NCBI GenBank assembly: GCA_015680685.1
Contig: MNCI01000651.1
Span: forward strand, 186,001 to 250,000
Direction of reading: 5' to 3'
Length of the DNA: 64,000 bases
DNA from: Gnetum montanum
Lineage: Eukaryota; Plantae; Gnetophyta
Each line of letters opens with the position of its first letter. Position 1 is the first letter of the stretch. Shown one piece after another: positions 52,122-64,000 of this stretch. A program made the position numbers and the translations under genes. The notes beneath the pieces were generated by a model. The model was not told the origin of the DNA. It searched no databases and saw nothing but the letters and a program-made list of their open reading frames with translations.

Positions 52122-53703
52122 TGTAACGATGAAAAACATCGATCGCTGAAAAATACCGAACGAAACCCATGTACACAGTCTTAACCACAGATCGGTGCGA
52201 GGGCTGTGCTGGAGAAAACAAATCTGCGGTGTCCTAAACGATCTTGTCGATCAGACAGGGACTTACTCAATTAGTAAATTGATGAATATTATGTGTGTTA
52301 GATATTTCGCGAAATAATTTGATTCAATGAATCTTAAAAGGAGTAGAAAATAATGTAGATAAATTGGAATAATGACAACGTCAACACGACAAGAAGGATC
52401 GGATTAAAGAAAATGCACAATTCCAAGATCTACAATTTGATTCGAAAACTGAGTAGATTGTATACAAAGTTCTAATGGAAAACTCTGCTTATCTTGTGTG
52501 AAGCATACACAGAATAACAAGAAAACTGTTCAGCAAGAAGTATAGAATGGAGTTCGATCTACCTCGTAAGCCAAGGATGGGATGCAAGGAAGGTCAAGCC
52601 TGAATGTCTATCGATCCACTATTTCTGATCAATAGATCTTGCCAACTACACTAGATAATCTCTTGATCTCTAATCTGCTCCTTTCACCTTCAGTAGTCTC
52701 TGCTCAAAACTGGCAATGATAGCCAATGGAGAGAACTGTATCTTCACCAAAGGACTAATCGCTCCTACTACCAATGCTCACGCAAATGTCTCTGTCGCTG
52801 CTAAAAGATGATGCTACCAAAAGTCCAAGATGCCAGCCCTTGTTTCTTTGTCAACTGGAGTATTTATAAGTTCGACAACATGTGGAGAAGGCACAGCCCT
52901 GATGACATGTGTCTCGAACCTTCAAAATACCATTGACTTGGTAAAATTTATGTTGAAATTGGTCATGTCGCATCACGTTTTTGGGAAGGGGGGCAAAGTA
53001 CGCTGTCGACCACTTCCACCAAAGCTGCTTCATGATTACGCATAATACGCTCATCAATGTATTGTGTGTGTGGATAGCAGATGCATATCTGATACTGCTT
53101 GAGCCAGCCTTACGCTATATTACACTTATTTATGCTTAGATGCGTGCTCGAGCGTAATCGAGCATGGAAGTAGTTGATTGAAGCTATTTTACACTCATTC
53201 ACACCGCAAAGCGTAATAGAGCGTAAAAATGATCAACTTTACAATAAATTATGCATGTCTACGCTACGTAGTGTAATGAGCGTAAAGTGACCAATCTACA
53301 AAAAAGAAGAAATCAATCTGCCGTGTTTCCTTTAACTCTGACTTTGCTTTTCTTGAAGCTCGTTACGCTGCTCTGCATAACGGAGCGTAAACTCAGCCCT
53401 GAACAAAAGACTTAGTAGAATATGCAACAAGTCTTAAATTTTAAACTACGTCAAAATTGTCAAAGTAAGTTACTTGCTACTATCGGGCTACGTTAAACAA
53501 AGTTACGCTGAGCGACACTACGCTATGTTGCGTAATGTAGCGTAAAGAAAGAAAACACAGTAAGCTTGAAATCTGTAAGGAACTTGGAGACTTGATACTG
53601 CGCGCCTCTTTTCCCTGCTTTGTCTTCTAGATTTCTGTCGCGAACCTTCACCCGAATCATGAATCTTCACCTAAGGCCGATTCACAATTTCTACGGTGTT
53701 TAA
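52122..53703 (-). repeat. 3' LTR of element E
   Basis: Reverse complement of 3557-5127; terminal TGTAACG at 52122. Confidence 0.92.
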
Positions 53704-54153
53704 ATGGCCCCTCTTTGTTGACGTTTAGAGGGCTTGCCCAAAAGACGTCGATAAAAAATACAAAACACCAGATAGGTAAAAGTACCAACAGCGTTCATCA
53801 ATGGTTATTCAAGTGTCACCCTATCAACAGAGAAGTGTAGAAATGAGGGAAATAGAGGATAGAAGGGTATGGAAAGGAATTTTTACAGAGGTAAGAGGAA
53901 AAAGGTTCGGGGAAGACGCAAGTGAGGTTCGGGGAAGACGCAAATGTGTGAATATAGTTTTTTCACGCATGAGCACTTAGGCTTTCTACTGCAAGTGCAT
54001 TTTCATGGAGTTATGCCATCATTTTGTAGATGAAGGGGCTTGCATAGATGAATTGTGTTGCATATGCATAGCCTGGACGAGTTTTGTTTCATCCATTTTG
54101 CCGACCCACATTTTTTTTTGGCGTCCAACAGGTGAGTTGCGTTACGCCGGTTC

Positions 54154-54906
54154 ATGGACTTGATTGTAATGCAAATGCAGAAAGCGTATGCTACGTATGT
54201 ACATTTTTTGTAAGGGAAGTAGATGGTAGAGATGCAGGGAAGTAAGAGCTAGAGGTAGGATTATGAGGAAAACAAGGATGCACTCCTGAGTGGACAGGCT
54301 AACCTAGGCGATCATCTCAAAACGCTATCTATATTTCACCGGTCAGATGAACGCACCTTTGAATGACATATTCACAACAAGTAACCTATAACCAAAGAAG
54401 AAAATAGAGGGTACCATTTCTTGGTTGAATTACAGGAGAGGTTGTTGAAACAAGTACTGTTTTTGGCGAGATAGAGTGAGTGGGCCGCGAAGGAGGAACT
54501 GTAGCACGAGGCCAAGGTCATCACCATTGATGCTCGGCCCAGCATATCGCCACTAAAGAACATCAAACTCGTCACACCCAAACGGTTATGTAGAGAACCA
54601 ACTAGGTGACTCTGCAAAGCCAGAGCCTGATAGTGATGATAAGCGGAGATCCCCAAAGTCGTAGTTGATGAGAACTTCTTTGGGGCTCCGAACGGTAAAA
54701 CTAATCTCTCAGAGGTGCCATCACTGAAATGGGTGCAGTGACAACATCTCCGAGGGGTCAGTAGTATGCCTTTCAGCACATCCGAGGAATCAGTAGAATG
54801 CCGATGAGGTAGCGACGCTGGGACTATCCCAACATCCCACCCCATTTATTTTGCAGTCACACGGAGATGATCACACTCGCTTGATTTGCATGATGGTAGC
54901 CTTTAA
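54154..54906 (+). pseudogene. Candidate decayed antisense ORF (~250 codons) in the 3' region of E
   Basis: MDLIVMQMQKAYATYV...DYEENKDALLSGQANLGDHLKTL...ELQERLLKQV...EIPKVVVDENFFGAP...TSHPIYF; no frameshift; stops consistent with C>T decay. Confidence 0.52.
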
Positions 54907-54907
54907 G

Positions 54908-55460
54908 TCCTAGTTTTAAGTCCTGGTAGACTGTCATTGCTGGTTTTATGTCTCAGCAGACCATGGTCCCAGTTTAAAGTCTGGGCAGACCGAAAAATGC
55001 TAGTTTTACGTCGTAGCGGATGATGGTAGAGCTGATTTATGGTCTTAGTAGACCATGCTATGGGTGTTAGTTTCATGTCATGACCAAGGGACAAATCTGT
55101 GCTGGTTTCACGTCTCAGTAGATGGCTACTTACCTATGCCAGCTTTATGTCATGGCGGACAGCCGGTGCCAGTTTAGCGTCATGGTGGATGCTTGTGGAA
55201 ATTGCCAGTTTTTTGTCTTGGCAGACCTTTACAACGCTGCTAGTTTTACGTCGTAGCAGACAGTTGCAACTTGCCAGTTTTACATCGTGGCGGACGGTTG
55301 TTGTCATTTTAGCGTCGTGGTAGACGTGTGCAAGCAGTGCCAGTTTTACGTCGTAGTGGATGATCAGTGCCAGTTTAGCGTTGTGGCAGACGTATGGGGA
55401 GAGTGTGAGTTTAATGTCGTAGCGGACGGTTGTTGCCAGTTTAGCGTCGTAGTGGACGAT
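54908..55460 (-). repeat. Hairpin-motif array after the pol stop of E (ortholog of 634-1183)
   Basis: Repeated TGCCAGTTT on plus; unit-by-unit correspondence with the A array. Confidence 0.9.
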
Positions 55461-55495
55461 TGTTGCCATGCCTGATGTTAACACTGGATATGCAG

Positions 55496-58400
55496 CTAAA
55501 TGTATGTACTAAGAAAGGGCCCTCCCAGTTTGTATGCTAGCTTGAATGCGCCATTGCCATACACATCAGCTACTAAGAAAGGGCCCTTCCAGTTTGTAGA
55601 GAACTTACCTACTGGTTCACAAACAGCCTTGAGAACTAAATCTCCCTTCTTGATAGGACGCTGTTGAAGATTATGATGGTGCTTCTGCCTCTGCTTATCT
55701 TGATACTTTTCGATGGTATCAAGCGTCTGTATTTACTTCTCCTCTACTGAATCCAAATCCATGATCCGAGACTCGATGTGTTGATCCTCATTTATAATCA
55801 TGGAGAGGACCATCCGTAGAGAAGGAACCTGTAATTCAAGGGGCAGCACCGCCTTGGATCTATAGACTAGGCTATAGGGCATACTGTCTGTAGCTGTTCT
55901 GCATATGGTATGATACACCCATAGCACATAAAGGATCTTTTCATGCCACCGTCTCTTGTTTTTGTCGAGCATTTTCTTGAGTAAGTTCATAATGACCTTG
56001 TTTGTCGCTTCAGCTTGACCGTTCGCTTGTGGGTAATAGGGCGAGGAAAAAGATTACTTGATGCCAAGATTGTCACAGAAAGATTTGGTTTCCGTACTGC
56101 TAAATTGTGGACCATTATCAGTCATGATAGTCATCGAGAGACCAAATCTGGTTACAATGTTATCTAGAATGAAATGACAGATCTCTTGAGATGTGATCTT
56201 CTACAAAGGGATGGCTTCCACCCACTTCGTGAAGTACTCGGTGGCGGTGATTATGAAACTATGACCTATGGAAGATTTCGGTGTGATAGGCCCTATAATG
56301 TCGAATCCCCATCGTTGAAAGGGCCATGTTATCTGAGTCGTGTATAGTTCTGTAGGCGATACATGTATAAGGTTTGCATAACGCTGACACGTGCCACACA
56401 TTTTAACCTTTGTAAGACAATATTTTTCCATGTATGACCAATAATACCCTAAGAGATGGATTTTGGAAGCCATGGCTCGTGGTGCTATGTGTCCTCCACA
56501 TAATCTCTCGTGAACCTTGCCAACTATACGTTGTGCTTGGTCTTTGTTAACGCAAGTAAGCAGTACTCCATCAAAAGAGCGTCTACAGAGGGTACTGTCT
56601 CCTATGATGAAGTACTACCTAGCTCGTTTAAGAATAGCATCTTTCTGTGTGTGTGTTAACTTGTGTGGTGGTTCGCCATGTAAGAGGTAAGTTTTAATGT
56701 TGTCGTACCACTCTGGCATGTCTTCCTCGAGCAGTGAAGATATTTGCGTTGCTTGAATGATAGGACCTGTACAATCTGTTATTAACGTGGGACAAGTGTC
56801 AAGCAAGTGTGATGGCACGTTTAAGGCTAATGTAGCCAATGCATCGGCTAGTGTGTTATCATTTTGTGGCATGTGTTGGGCATCGATGGTTGTGAACCGC
56901 TTCAGAAGATCTTTAGCCATATCGCAATAGGGTTGTAAATGTGTAGCCTTGTAGGCATAGACTCCTGTGATTTGATTTATAACAAGCATCGAATCACCCT
57001 TAATTGCCAGGTGTCAAACATCAAGCTCTCTGGCAGTTAATAATCCCCTAAGGAGCCCCTCGTACTCTACGACATTGTTCGTACAAGGAAAGGTCAGGCA
57101 ATAAGCATGAAGATGCACATCCTCAGGTGATAGTGTAATGACTATAGCAGAACTGCTGCCTCTAACAGTTGAAGCTCCATCAAAATATAACGTTGCTTTG
57201 GGGCCTGTTAAAATAGGGCTTAAACTATGTACATGTTAATCCAGAAATTCAGGCTCTATGGTTACCTGACTGTCAATAGGCGATGTTATTAATTGGTCAA
57301 CTATCGCTTGGCCTTTCGTAGAAGATTGACCAATGTAATGTAGATTGAATTCTTCCGTGATAGCTTTCCAACGAGCTATTTTACTACTTTCGTATAGATT
57401 ATGCGTAATGGCCCTAAGGATGTTATTTTTACAAATAATGTTGACCTGGCTACAAAAAAGATAATGTCTACACTTCTTGAGCATAAATACTAACACTAAG
57501 AAATTACGCTCTACTTCATTGTACCTCATTTCATACGCACATAGAGCATGACTCAAGTAGTAGATGGGTACTTCTGACCCATCATCCCTCTTTTGATAGA
57601 GTAATGTTGCTAAGGCTACGTCTAAAGTTGCGAGGTAGATGTAAAATGGTTGATCCCTTTGCGGTGGGAAACTGTTGGCAAACGTTGAAGTTCTTGTTTC
57701 AAGCTGTCAAACGCATGCTGACAATCATTTTTCCATTCGAAATTAACCCCCTTTTTGAGAAAATGTTGCATAGGGTGTAATTTATCAATTAATCTCGAGA
57801 TGAATCACCTAATAAACTGTAACCTCCCTTGCAATCCACGTAATTGCTTGAGATTTGCAGGGGGTGTCAATTCAACAATGGCTTTGACTTTGTCAGGGTC
57901 TACTCGTATACTAGTTTCCGATACCACAAATCCTAGCATGCATCTGGTTTTGACTTCGAATACGCATTTCTTTGGGTTGAGTCGGAGGTCGTATTTAGAG
58001 CATCTTTTAAGGACTAACTCCAGATCCTCCGAATGATCTTCTGACCTTATAGACTTAACAGCTATATCGTCAACATAATCATTCAGTCTCCCTAGGAGAT
58101 AATCACTAAAGATGTATGTCATAGCTTGTTCATACGTAGCTCTAGCATTTTTTAACCCAAAAGGCATCATGGTGTAGCAAAAGGTCCCCCAAGATGTCAT
58201 GAAGCTGGTTGTCAACTGGTGTTCTGGGTTGATGCGTATTTGATTGTAGCCTAAGAAGCCATCCATGAAGGATAAAAGCGCATGCCCAGCGGTTGTATCC
58301 ACTAGCTGGTCGATACTTGGTAATGGGAAATTATCTTTGATTGTAGCTTTGTTCAAGTCTTGGAATTCTATGCAGATGCATATCCCTCCGGTCTTTTTAG

Positions 58401-58935
58401 GAACAACTATAATGTTAGATACCCAGTCTAAGTAATCAACTGCGCAAATAAAACCAGCCTGGTATAGTTTAGTGATCTCATCACATACTGCTACCGCGAC
58501 TTCTAGCTTAATCTTTCATGCTTTCTATCTAACTACTTTGATATGGGGATCTAGGATTATATTGTGTTGTATTAACCTTGGGTCTAGTCCCGGCATATCT
58601 TCGTATGACCATGCAAACACCGTGATGTTATTTTGGAGGACCTGTCTTATGTCATCATCTGCCTTTTGGTCGAGTAAGGAGCTAACCTTAAGAGTTTTAG
58701 TCTCACCTCTATGCGTAATCACAGAGACCTTGTTAAGGGGGTCTTCGGTTACATCTCCAGCTTCCAGATCTAGCATGTGCGTCGATTGTTTTGGCCAGTC
58801 CTGAGATGTTTCTGATGTGGCTATGGTTGCATCATCGAGGGAAAGGTTAGTCTCTACTAATGTGGGATCAAGTTGTCTAATAATTTCTCTGTGTGGACTT
58901 GTTAAAACTAGGAGCGTAGATAAAGTTTCGTCCAT
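55496..58935 (-). pseudogene. pol: pol of element E: RT-RH-aRH-INT
   Basis: FAWSYEDMPGLDP; LSFMDGFLGYNQI; YVDDIAV; LADALATLA; WPFQRWGFDIIGP; EYFTKWVEAIPL. Confidence 0.95.
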
Positions 58936-59145
58936 TTGTCAATTACCCTGCAAAATTGTCAAATATTAAAGTAATTAGAAAAGTGCTAAGTTGGATGCTA
59001 TAAGTATTTAACGAATAAAGCTTGCTTGAGTCTAAAAGAAAAAGGATGTGATGTGATGTCTCTGAGCGTGAGAAGCTAATTAAATTTTGAACATCGTGAA
59101 CAACCTGTAATTAATGCGACCTGATTACGAAGAGATAAGAAAAAA

Positions 59146-59167
59146 TAGTTTAAGGTCGTTTCGGACC
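59146..59167 (-). repeat. Single perfect hairpin-motif unit upstream of E pol
   Basis: Minus strand GGTC-CGAAAC-GACC-TTAAACTA; equivalent units precede pol in C (~48394-48445) and D (~39150-39460). Confidence 0.7.
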
Positions 59168-59425
59168 GTAACGCATGCTATATCTGTCGTAATTAATGGC
59201 TTGATTTTTGGTTTCCATCTCATACTGACACCAGCATTTGGGCAAGTCTAGCTGAAATTAGGCATCAAGTCAGTTAATTTTGCATATAAGTAGGTAGTTC
59301 TTTTTGAAAATAGGCTGTTGGCTATCGCGAACTTGAATTCTTAGCTATTACAGAGAGAAGGAGAAAGAGCAAAAGATTGCAGCACATTATTTGTGTGAGG
59401 GCATGAAGTTGTGAAGACTGCAAAA

Positions 59426-62400
59426 ATGATGCCAAAAGTAAGAGGAAAGAACGCGAAATTGACAAAGATAAATGAAGTACAAGGGAGCCTGCAGCGTGCT
59501 TTGCAGACTTTGGTTGAAGTGAGCGATGTAACTCCACTGAATCGGTAGGCCATCCCTAGCTTATTTGTGTTGCTTTTTGTGATATGCTTCTTCTTTGCGG
59601 TGTTTATTCTTTTTGTGTCATTCTCCGTAAATTAGAGTCTTAGGCTATGGACCTCACGTTAAAACGAGGATTTATACAATAGTATTGCGTCTATCGTCAC
59701 TGTCAGGGAAAAACCTTGTACTATTATAAGGGTTTAGACGATTTCGGCTGTATAGCTAGAGCATAATTTATAAATTTTCTATAGTTTAAGCATGGAATCG
59801 AAATCTACATGATAATGTGTTTATTTTTGTTTGTACAGTATTATGTTGAAACCAGTCTTAATCGTCCTGGACATAGTCGGGGTTTTATGTTGTATAAACC
59901 TGATTGTACCCAATGTTCCTCTTCCTCAGACTCGGTTGTAGGGGAGGGCTATATGCTTCCGAAGGGGTGTGCAGGAGTTTCTGCAATTCTTGCTACGTAA
60001 CTACAGCATTATTATATGGTCGCATCTATCAAGGGATGTGGCTAGCACTATTTTGGAGAACTTGTTAGTGGGTTCTATGTAGGTAATCTTGGCTTTCTTG
60101 ACAGATGGGACCATTGATATTGGTCATCCAAAAGACCACGAACTTAGTGCCAGAGGGTTGAGGTGCTTAAGTTGGATCTGAAAAATGGCCAGGTTTAGCT
60201 GTTACCATGTGTACAATACTTTTTTCAGGGCCCGTCATGTCTCGAATTACTTTCAGAACCCACTAGGCACAGTGTATTATTCGGGTGGGTAAGTTATTTT
60301 GTGGGTGGTATTGTCATTATGTTTCGAATGTCTGAATTTTGTAAAGTGTAAGATAATAATGTGTCATATGATACAGGTTTTTTATCAACGAAAATGGGTT
60401 AATAGGTAATAACGATACATTTTCTTGGACCGAAACGGTAATAAAGGAGTTTACCTCCACCAGCAACTTACGTGCCGGTGTAATGGGGTAGATGTCCTTT
60501 GACATTCATGAGTATCCCACCCGTTATGTTGATTCCTTCAAGAATTGTCAGAACCTCTAGTGGTGACATGAAGAATGGACTTTGGACCTGCCCCTTACCG
60601 TCACGGACGTGCAGAGGAAACTTCCTCCATTTCCTTTGCCATTTGGCCCTGGTAAGGTTTTGTTGCTATTGTTATTTATAGGATATTATACTATTTTGTT
60701 TTGTCTTTGAAATGTTGCATAATAGTATCTTTGTGACTTAGACATGTGTCCTACATTGTTCAGTCAGGGAATCCTGGGAGATTACCATTACAATTTCCGG
60801 CAGCGAGGCGAATACCCTCCTTTTCCGCTATGGTGACATTAAAGAGGCACAACGCTAGCTCGGCCACACGGCGGCACCAATTGCATTGGTCATGAAGCTA
60901 CGGGAAGCGAGGCTAATGCATTTATTTCTAACCGTAACTCTTGATGTCCCTGCCAAAGAAATGTTAACCCTAGTCAACTCCTTTAGCGAGAGGGCTAAAC
61001 GTTTTTGCACGTGCATGCATCACGTGCATGTAAATTTTGATATTGATGCTTAGCTATTTGCTGACCTCTTCGGCGTCCCCTTTGATGATCTTCCCATAGA
61101 GGAAAAAGCGAGGAGGAGCCTCAAATATCAGGAAGAGCTAGAGGAGTGGCTAGGGACCAAGAAGGAGACCAAGGGGATCCCTTGTGAAAAGATTCAACTG
61201 GAGATCGCCAAGACTATTTATCCCCTCTTCCGGGCCTGGGCTTTCCCCAAAACACTCTCGCAGAGGAGGTTCTTTACCATAGAATAGGCCCGTATCATGC
61301 AGGAGGTTATGGAGGAAGGAACCCAGTTCGACTGGGCAAGCTATTTTGCTAGGGGGTTATGCACTGAAATGATTAGGCTCCATGAGAAGCTTGAGTCTCA
61401 TTTCAATGTGCACTTTGCCTTCTTCATAGCTTGCCTCCAGTGTTTCACCAAATTTTTGGTTGTCCAGATGAATGGGGTCTTGGTGCAGCAAGACCAAGAC
61501 CAGCTATCCAAACCTTAGATTTCCCATATTTTCGGCACTACCTGAGGATAGGATCCTCCGGAGGGAATCGGGGAGTCTCAGTCTATAACGACAAGGGATT
61601 TGGCGGTGCCTCGAGTGCGGGGCCCTGACAGTGTAGGTGGGGTGATTCCCACTTACACCAGTGATGCGTCATGGGGAAAGCGCCTAGTGGTAGAGATAGT
61701 AGATGCCTCGGTTTAACAAAAAAGGCCTCGCTTAACCGAGACACCTGCGGAACCAGTGGGTGGCACAGACAAGACTATGCAAGTCAGAGTTTAGCGGAGT
61801 AAACCTCCGCCTGGTAAGCGTAAAGGCGTAGTGAAAATCATGGCAATTATCATATTACGCAACTTTATTTAGGATATTCTGAATTGCTTAGATGTGTTAT
61901 GTGACATGAACAGCGAGACCTATGGAGCGGTTGACCCCTAAAACAGGGGCAGTGATATTACGGCATGGAGAAGGGACCCCAGTTTTGGAAGAGGAGGCCC
62001 CGGCTGTTAGAATAAGTGACGCACAGACCCTTGTGTGTGAAGAGAGAGAGGAGGTCAAAAACATTAACGCACCCCCCAGTACATCAGGCAGAGGTAATTA
62101 GCGTATTAGAATTTTTTAAAGAATTTTGTTAATAACTGAAAATTTTAACTTAATTACGCTACAGATGAACCAGATGCATCCATGTCCACCGTTGTAAGCA
62201 GAGCATGGGGAGAATTTCCTGACAAGTTTTCCTTCATCGAAGGCGTTGTCAGCAATATGATCGAGCACCTCGAGCGCGTCAATCCTAGGGCTGGTATGTT
62301 ACTGCTATTGTATGCTTATTTTATTATACAGTTGTAATGTTTTATTTAAGTTTGATAATGTTTGTTATGAGGAGCTCGCCTTCGATGGGATCCTACGGAG

Positions 62401-63501
62401 CCCATTGACTTGGACACAGTGGAGCCTTCATCAGATGGGGTGGTCATGCCATGCGACATTTATGAGGAAATACGTAAATGTGTGTTACGCTCGACTCATT
62501 CCTTGTGGGAGAGTCGGAGTGTCAATGAAGACCTCTGGAAGAGACTGTAGAAGTTAGAGAAAGAAAGGGTGTCTCTGACCAAAGAGGTCGGAGACCTAAG
62601 ATCACGGTGTGAATTCCTACAGGCATGGGGAATGGGTGAAGAGGACTGGCGTATAGCTGTTATTGACTACGCTTGCTATTGGACTGTATTCAGGAACAAC
62701 ATGCAAACCAGTCGGGAATTGGTGGAGCAGAGGATGCAAATAAATTTGTTGGCCCAGAAAAACCAAGACTGGAAGGATTTTTGCGCAAGTGTGCAAGAGT
62801 GGAGGCAGAAGGAAAAAGATCATAAGCATTTGTATAAGTGAGAAAGTCTTTCTTATCGTCAGCATTATAGAGATTCTGCCATTGAAGCTCAATCCTTGCG
62901 GGTATTCCTCAATGTCATTGGCGCATCCAAAGCCTTCGAGAAGTTTCATGAGCAGGTGACAGTAAGCATGTCCCCGGAAAGAGAGATTGCTCTTCCTGGG
63001 GGCAAGACTACAGTTCCTACCTTCTTCCCTGAACCTCCCTGATGGACTAGTATGGAGAAAGGGAAGGTGAAGGCTGGAACTGATATGGGGAATGGTGTAT
63101 GGTTTGAATTAATTAAAGACGAAATTATGCATCGCCTATGGGTCGGTTTGGATCAGCTCCCCTTTGCTGTAGAAGCAGGACCATCGCAAGTAAGTTTGGG
63201 TGTTATTGACTTTAAATTTTCTGATTTATCCTATTACGACCTTTCCTTATGTATTTACTGTATATAGGTACAAGGAGTGGATGAAGAAGGCAAATAGGGT
63301 GGTGAGCAAGTACAGGAACAAGAGCGTAATGACGCAGACCGTCCTCTTGAGGAACTAGTGTTAGAGCAAGGACCTCCTGAAGATGACATTCCTCATGAAG
63401 AAATACCTTCTAGAAGGGATGGCCCACTTGAGGATGATTTATTAGGCTTAGAGGCGAACCTAAGGGATACGGGTGACAGTGGTACCAGGGGGGATGCGTA
63501 A
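59426..63501 (+). pseudogene. Antisense multi-exon gene of element E (PMD/Transposase_32-like, predicted coiled coil, acidic tail); best-preserved copy, 5' exons uncertain
   Basis: VNSFSERAKRFCTCMHHVHVNFDIDA*LFADLFGVP...LFRAWAFPKTLSQ...FDWASYFARGL...FAFFIACL; introns at ~60652-60767, 61814-61913, 62094-62164, 62294-62371, 63190-63267; stop at 63499-63501. Confidence 0.8.
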
Positions 63502-63687
63502 TTATGATTTACGCATGATTTTATTGATGAAATTGAATAGTGGCCATATGAATGTTGGTGAGATTAATCATAAGATTTTCTGTATGCTTTTAAATATTTT
63601 CTTTTTTCTAGTTTTATATCTTTATTTATGCAAAGCGTAAGCAGAGTTGTTAAAGGCTTTGGATGGGTTGCGTTGCTGTGGGATGGA

Positions 63688-63830
63688 ATTGCTAGTTTAA
63701 GGCCATCGTGGGCCGTCATGTAGCGTTTGTGTAAGATACAAGCGGATTAACTAGTTTTTGGCCGTTGCGGGCCTTTGCTAGTTTAAGGTCATTACGAGCC
63801 ATCACTATTTTTAGGCTGTTGTGGGCCGTT
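63688..63830 (-). repeat. Hairpin-motif array on the gag-pro side of the antisense gene in E
   Basis: Minus strand GGCC-CACGAT-GGCC-TTAAACTAGCA, GGCC-CGCAAC-GGCC-AAAAACTAG and two more units. Confidence 0.85.
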
Positions 63831-64000
63831 TGCGTAAGTCTGAAAGTGTAAGTGATAATAATGTACATGGTTTGCGTAATTGTACTAATGTGACTAATAG
63901 CAATTAAAGAGCGTAAATGGCATAACAGAAAATAAAATGTAGATGGCGTAGTGAATAGAAAGTGTAAATATGTATGTATATGTTAAAGAAAACTAACAAT

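Larger units (their letters stand above)
52122..64000 (-). mobile_element. Element E: 3' part of a Tat-type LTR retrotransposon of the A family (3' LTR, 3' region, pol, antisense spliced gene, hairpin array); gag-pro expected beyond the window
   Basis: LTR at 52122-53703 homologous to the A LTR; PPT at ~53706-53716; pol at 55496-58935 on minus. Confidence 0.92.

Noticed and set aside
52100-52130. Hairpin arrays as dedicated landing pads for new insertions (E inserted inside a unit)
   Set aside because: Only one of seven insertions; A, B, C, D, G and the solo LTR are not in such units
59426-63501. Host gene between transposons
   Set aside because: Homologs with the same intron layout occupy the equivalent internal position in elements B and C, so it is element-borne

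Overview
Plant heterochromatin made entirely of nested, decayed Ty3/Gypsy LTR retrotransposons of the Tat group (pol order RT-RH-aRH-INT, tRNA-Asn PBS, ~1.5-1.8 kb LTRs starting TGAAACAC and mostly ending TACA). No host gene is visible and the species cannot be determined. Inferred nesting: an old integrase remnant H (16254-16605) received B (minus, 5128-16253) and G (plus, 16606-21060). A (plus, to 5127) sits in B. C (plus, 21061-52121) sits in G. D (complete, 30470-46001, TSD CCTAG) and E (minus, 52122 to window end) sit in C. A solo LTR (36161-38130, TSD CTCCT) sits in D. Three features stand out. (1) gag-pro and pol are separated, and in B, C and E the gap holds an antisense multi-intron gene for a PMD/Transposase_32-like protein; a second antisense ORF lies behind pol. 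(2) Arrays of a strand-specific hairpin motif (stem-N6-stem-TAAACTRGCA, with covarying stems) follow the gag-pro and pol stop codons. (3) Each family's LTRs and non-coding DNA are dense in its own variant of a YYACGC motif (TTACGC, CTACGC, TCACGC, CCACGC), recalling VANC/VANDAL sequence-specific anti-silencing. All alignments and translations were done by eye, and all functional interpretations are hypotheses.
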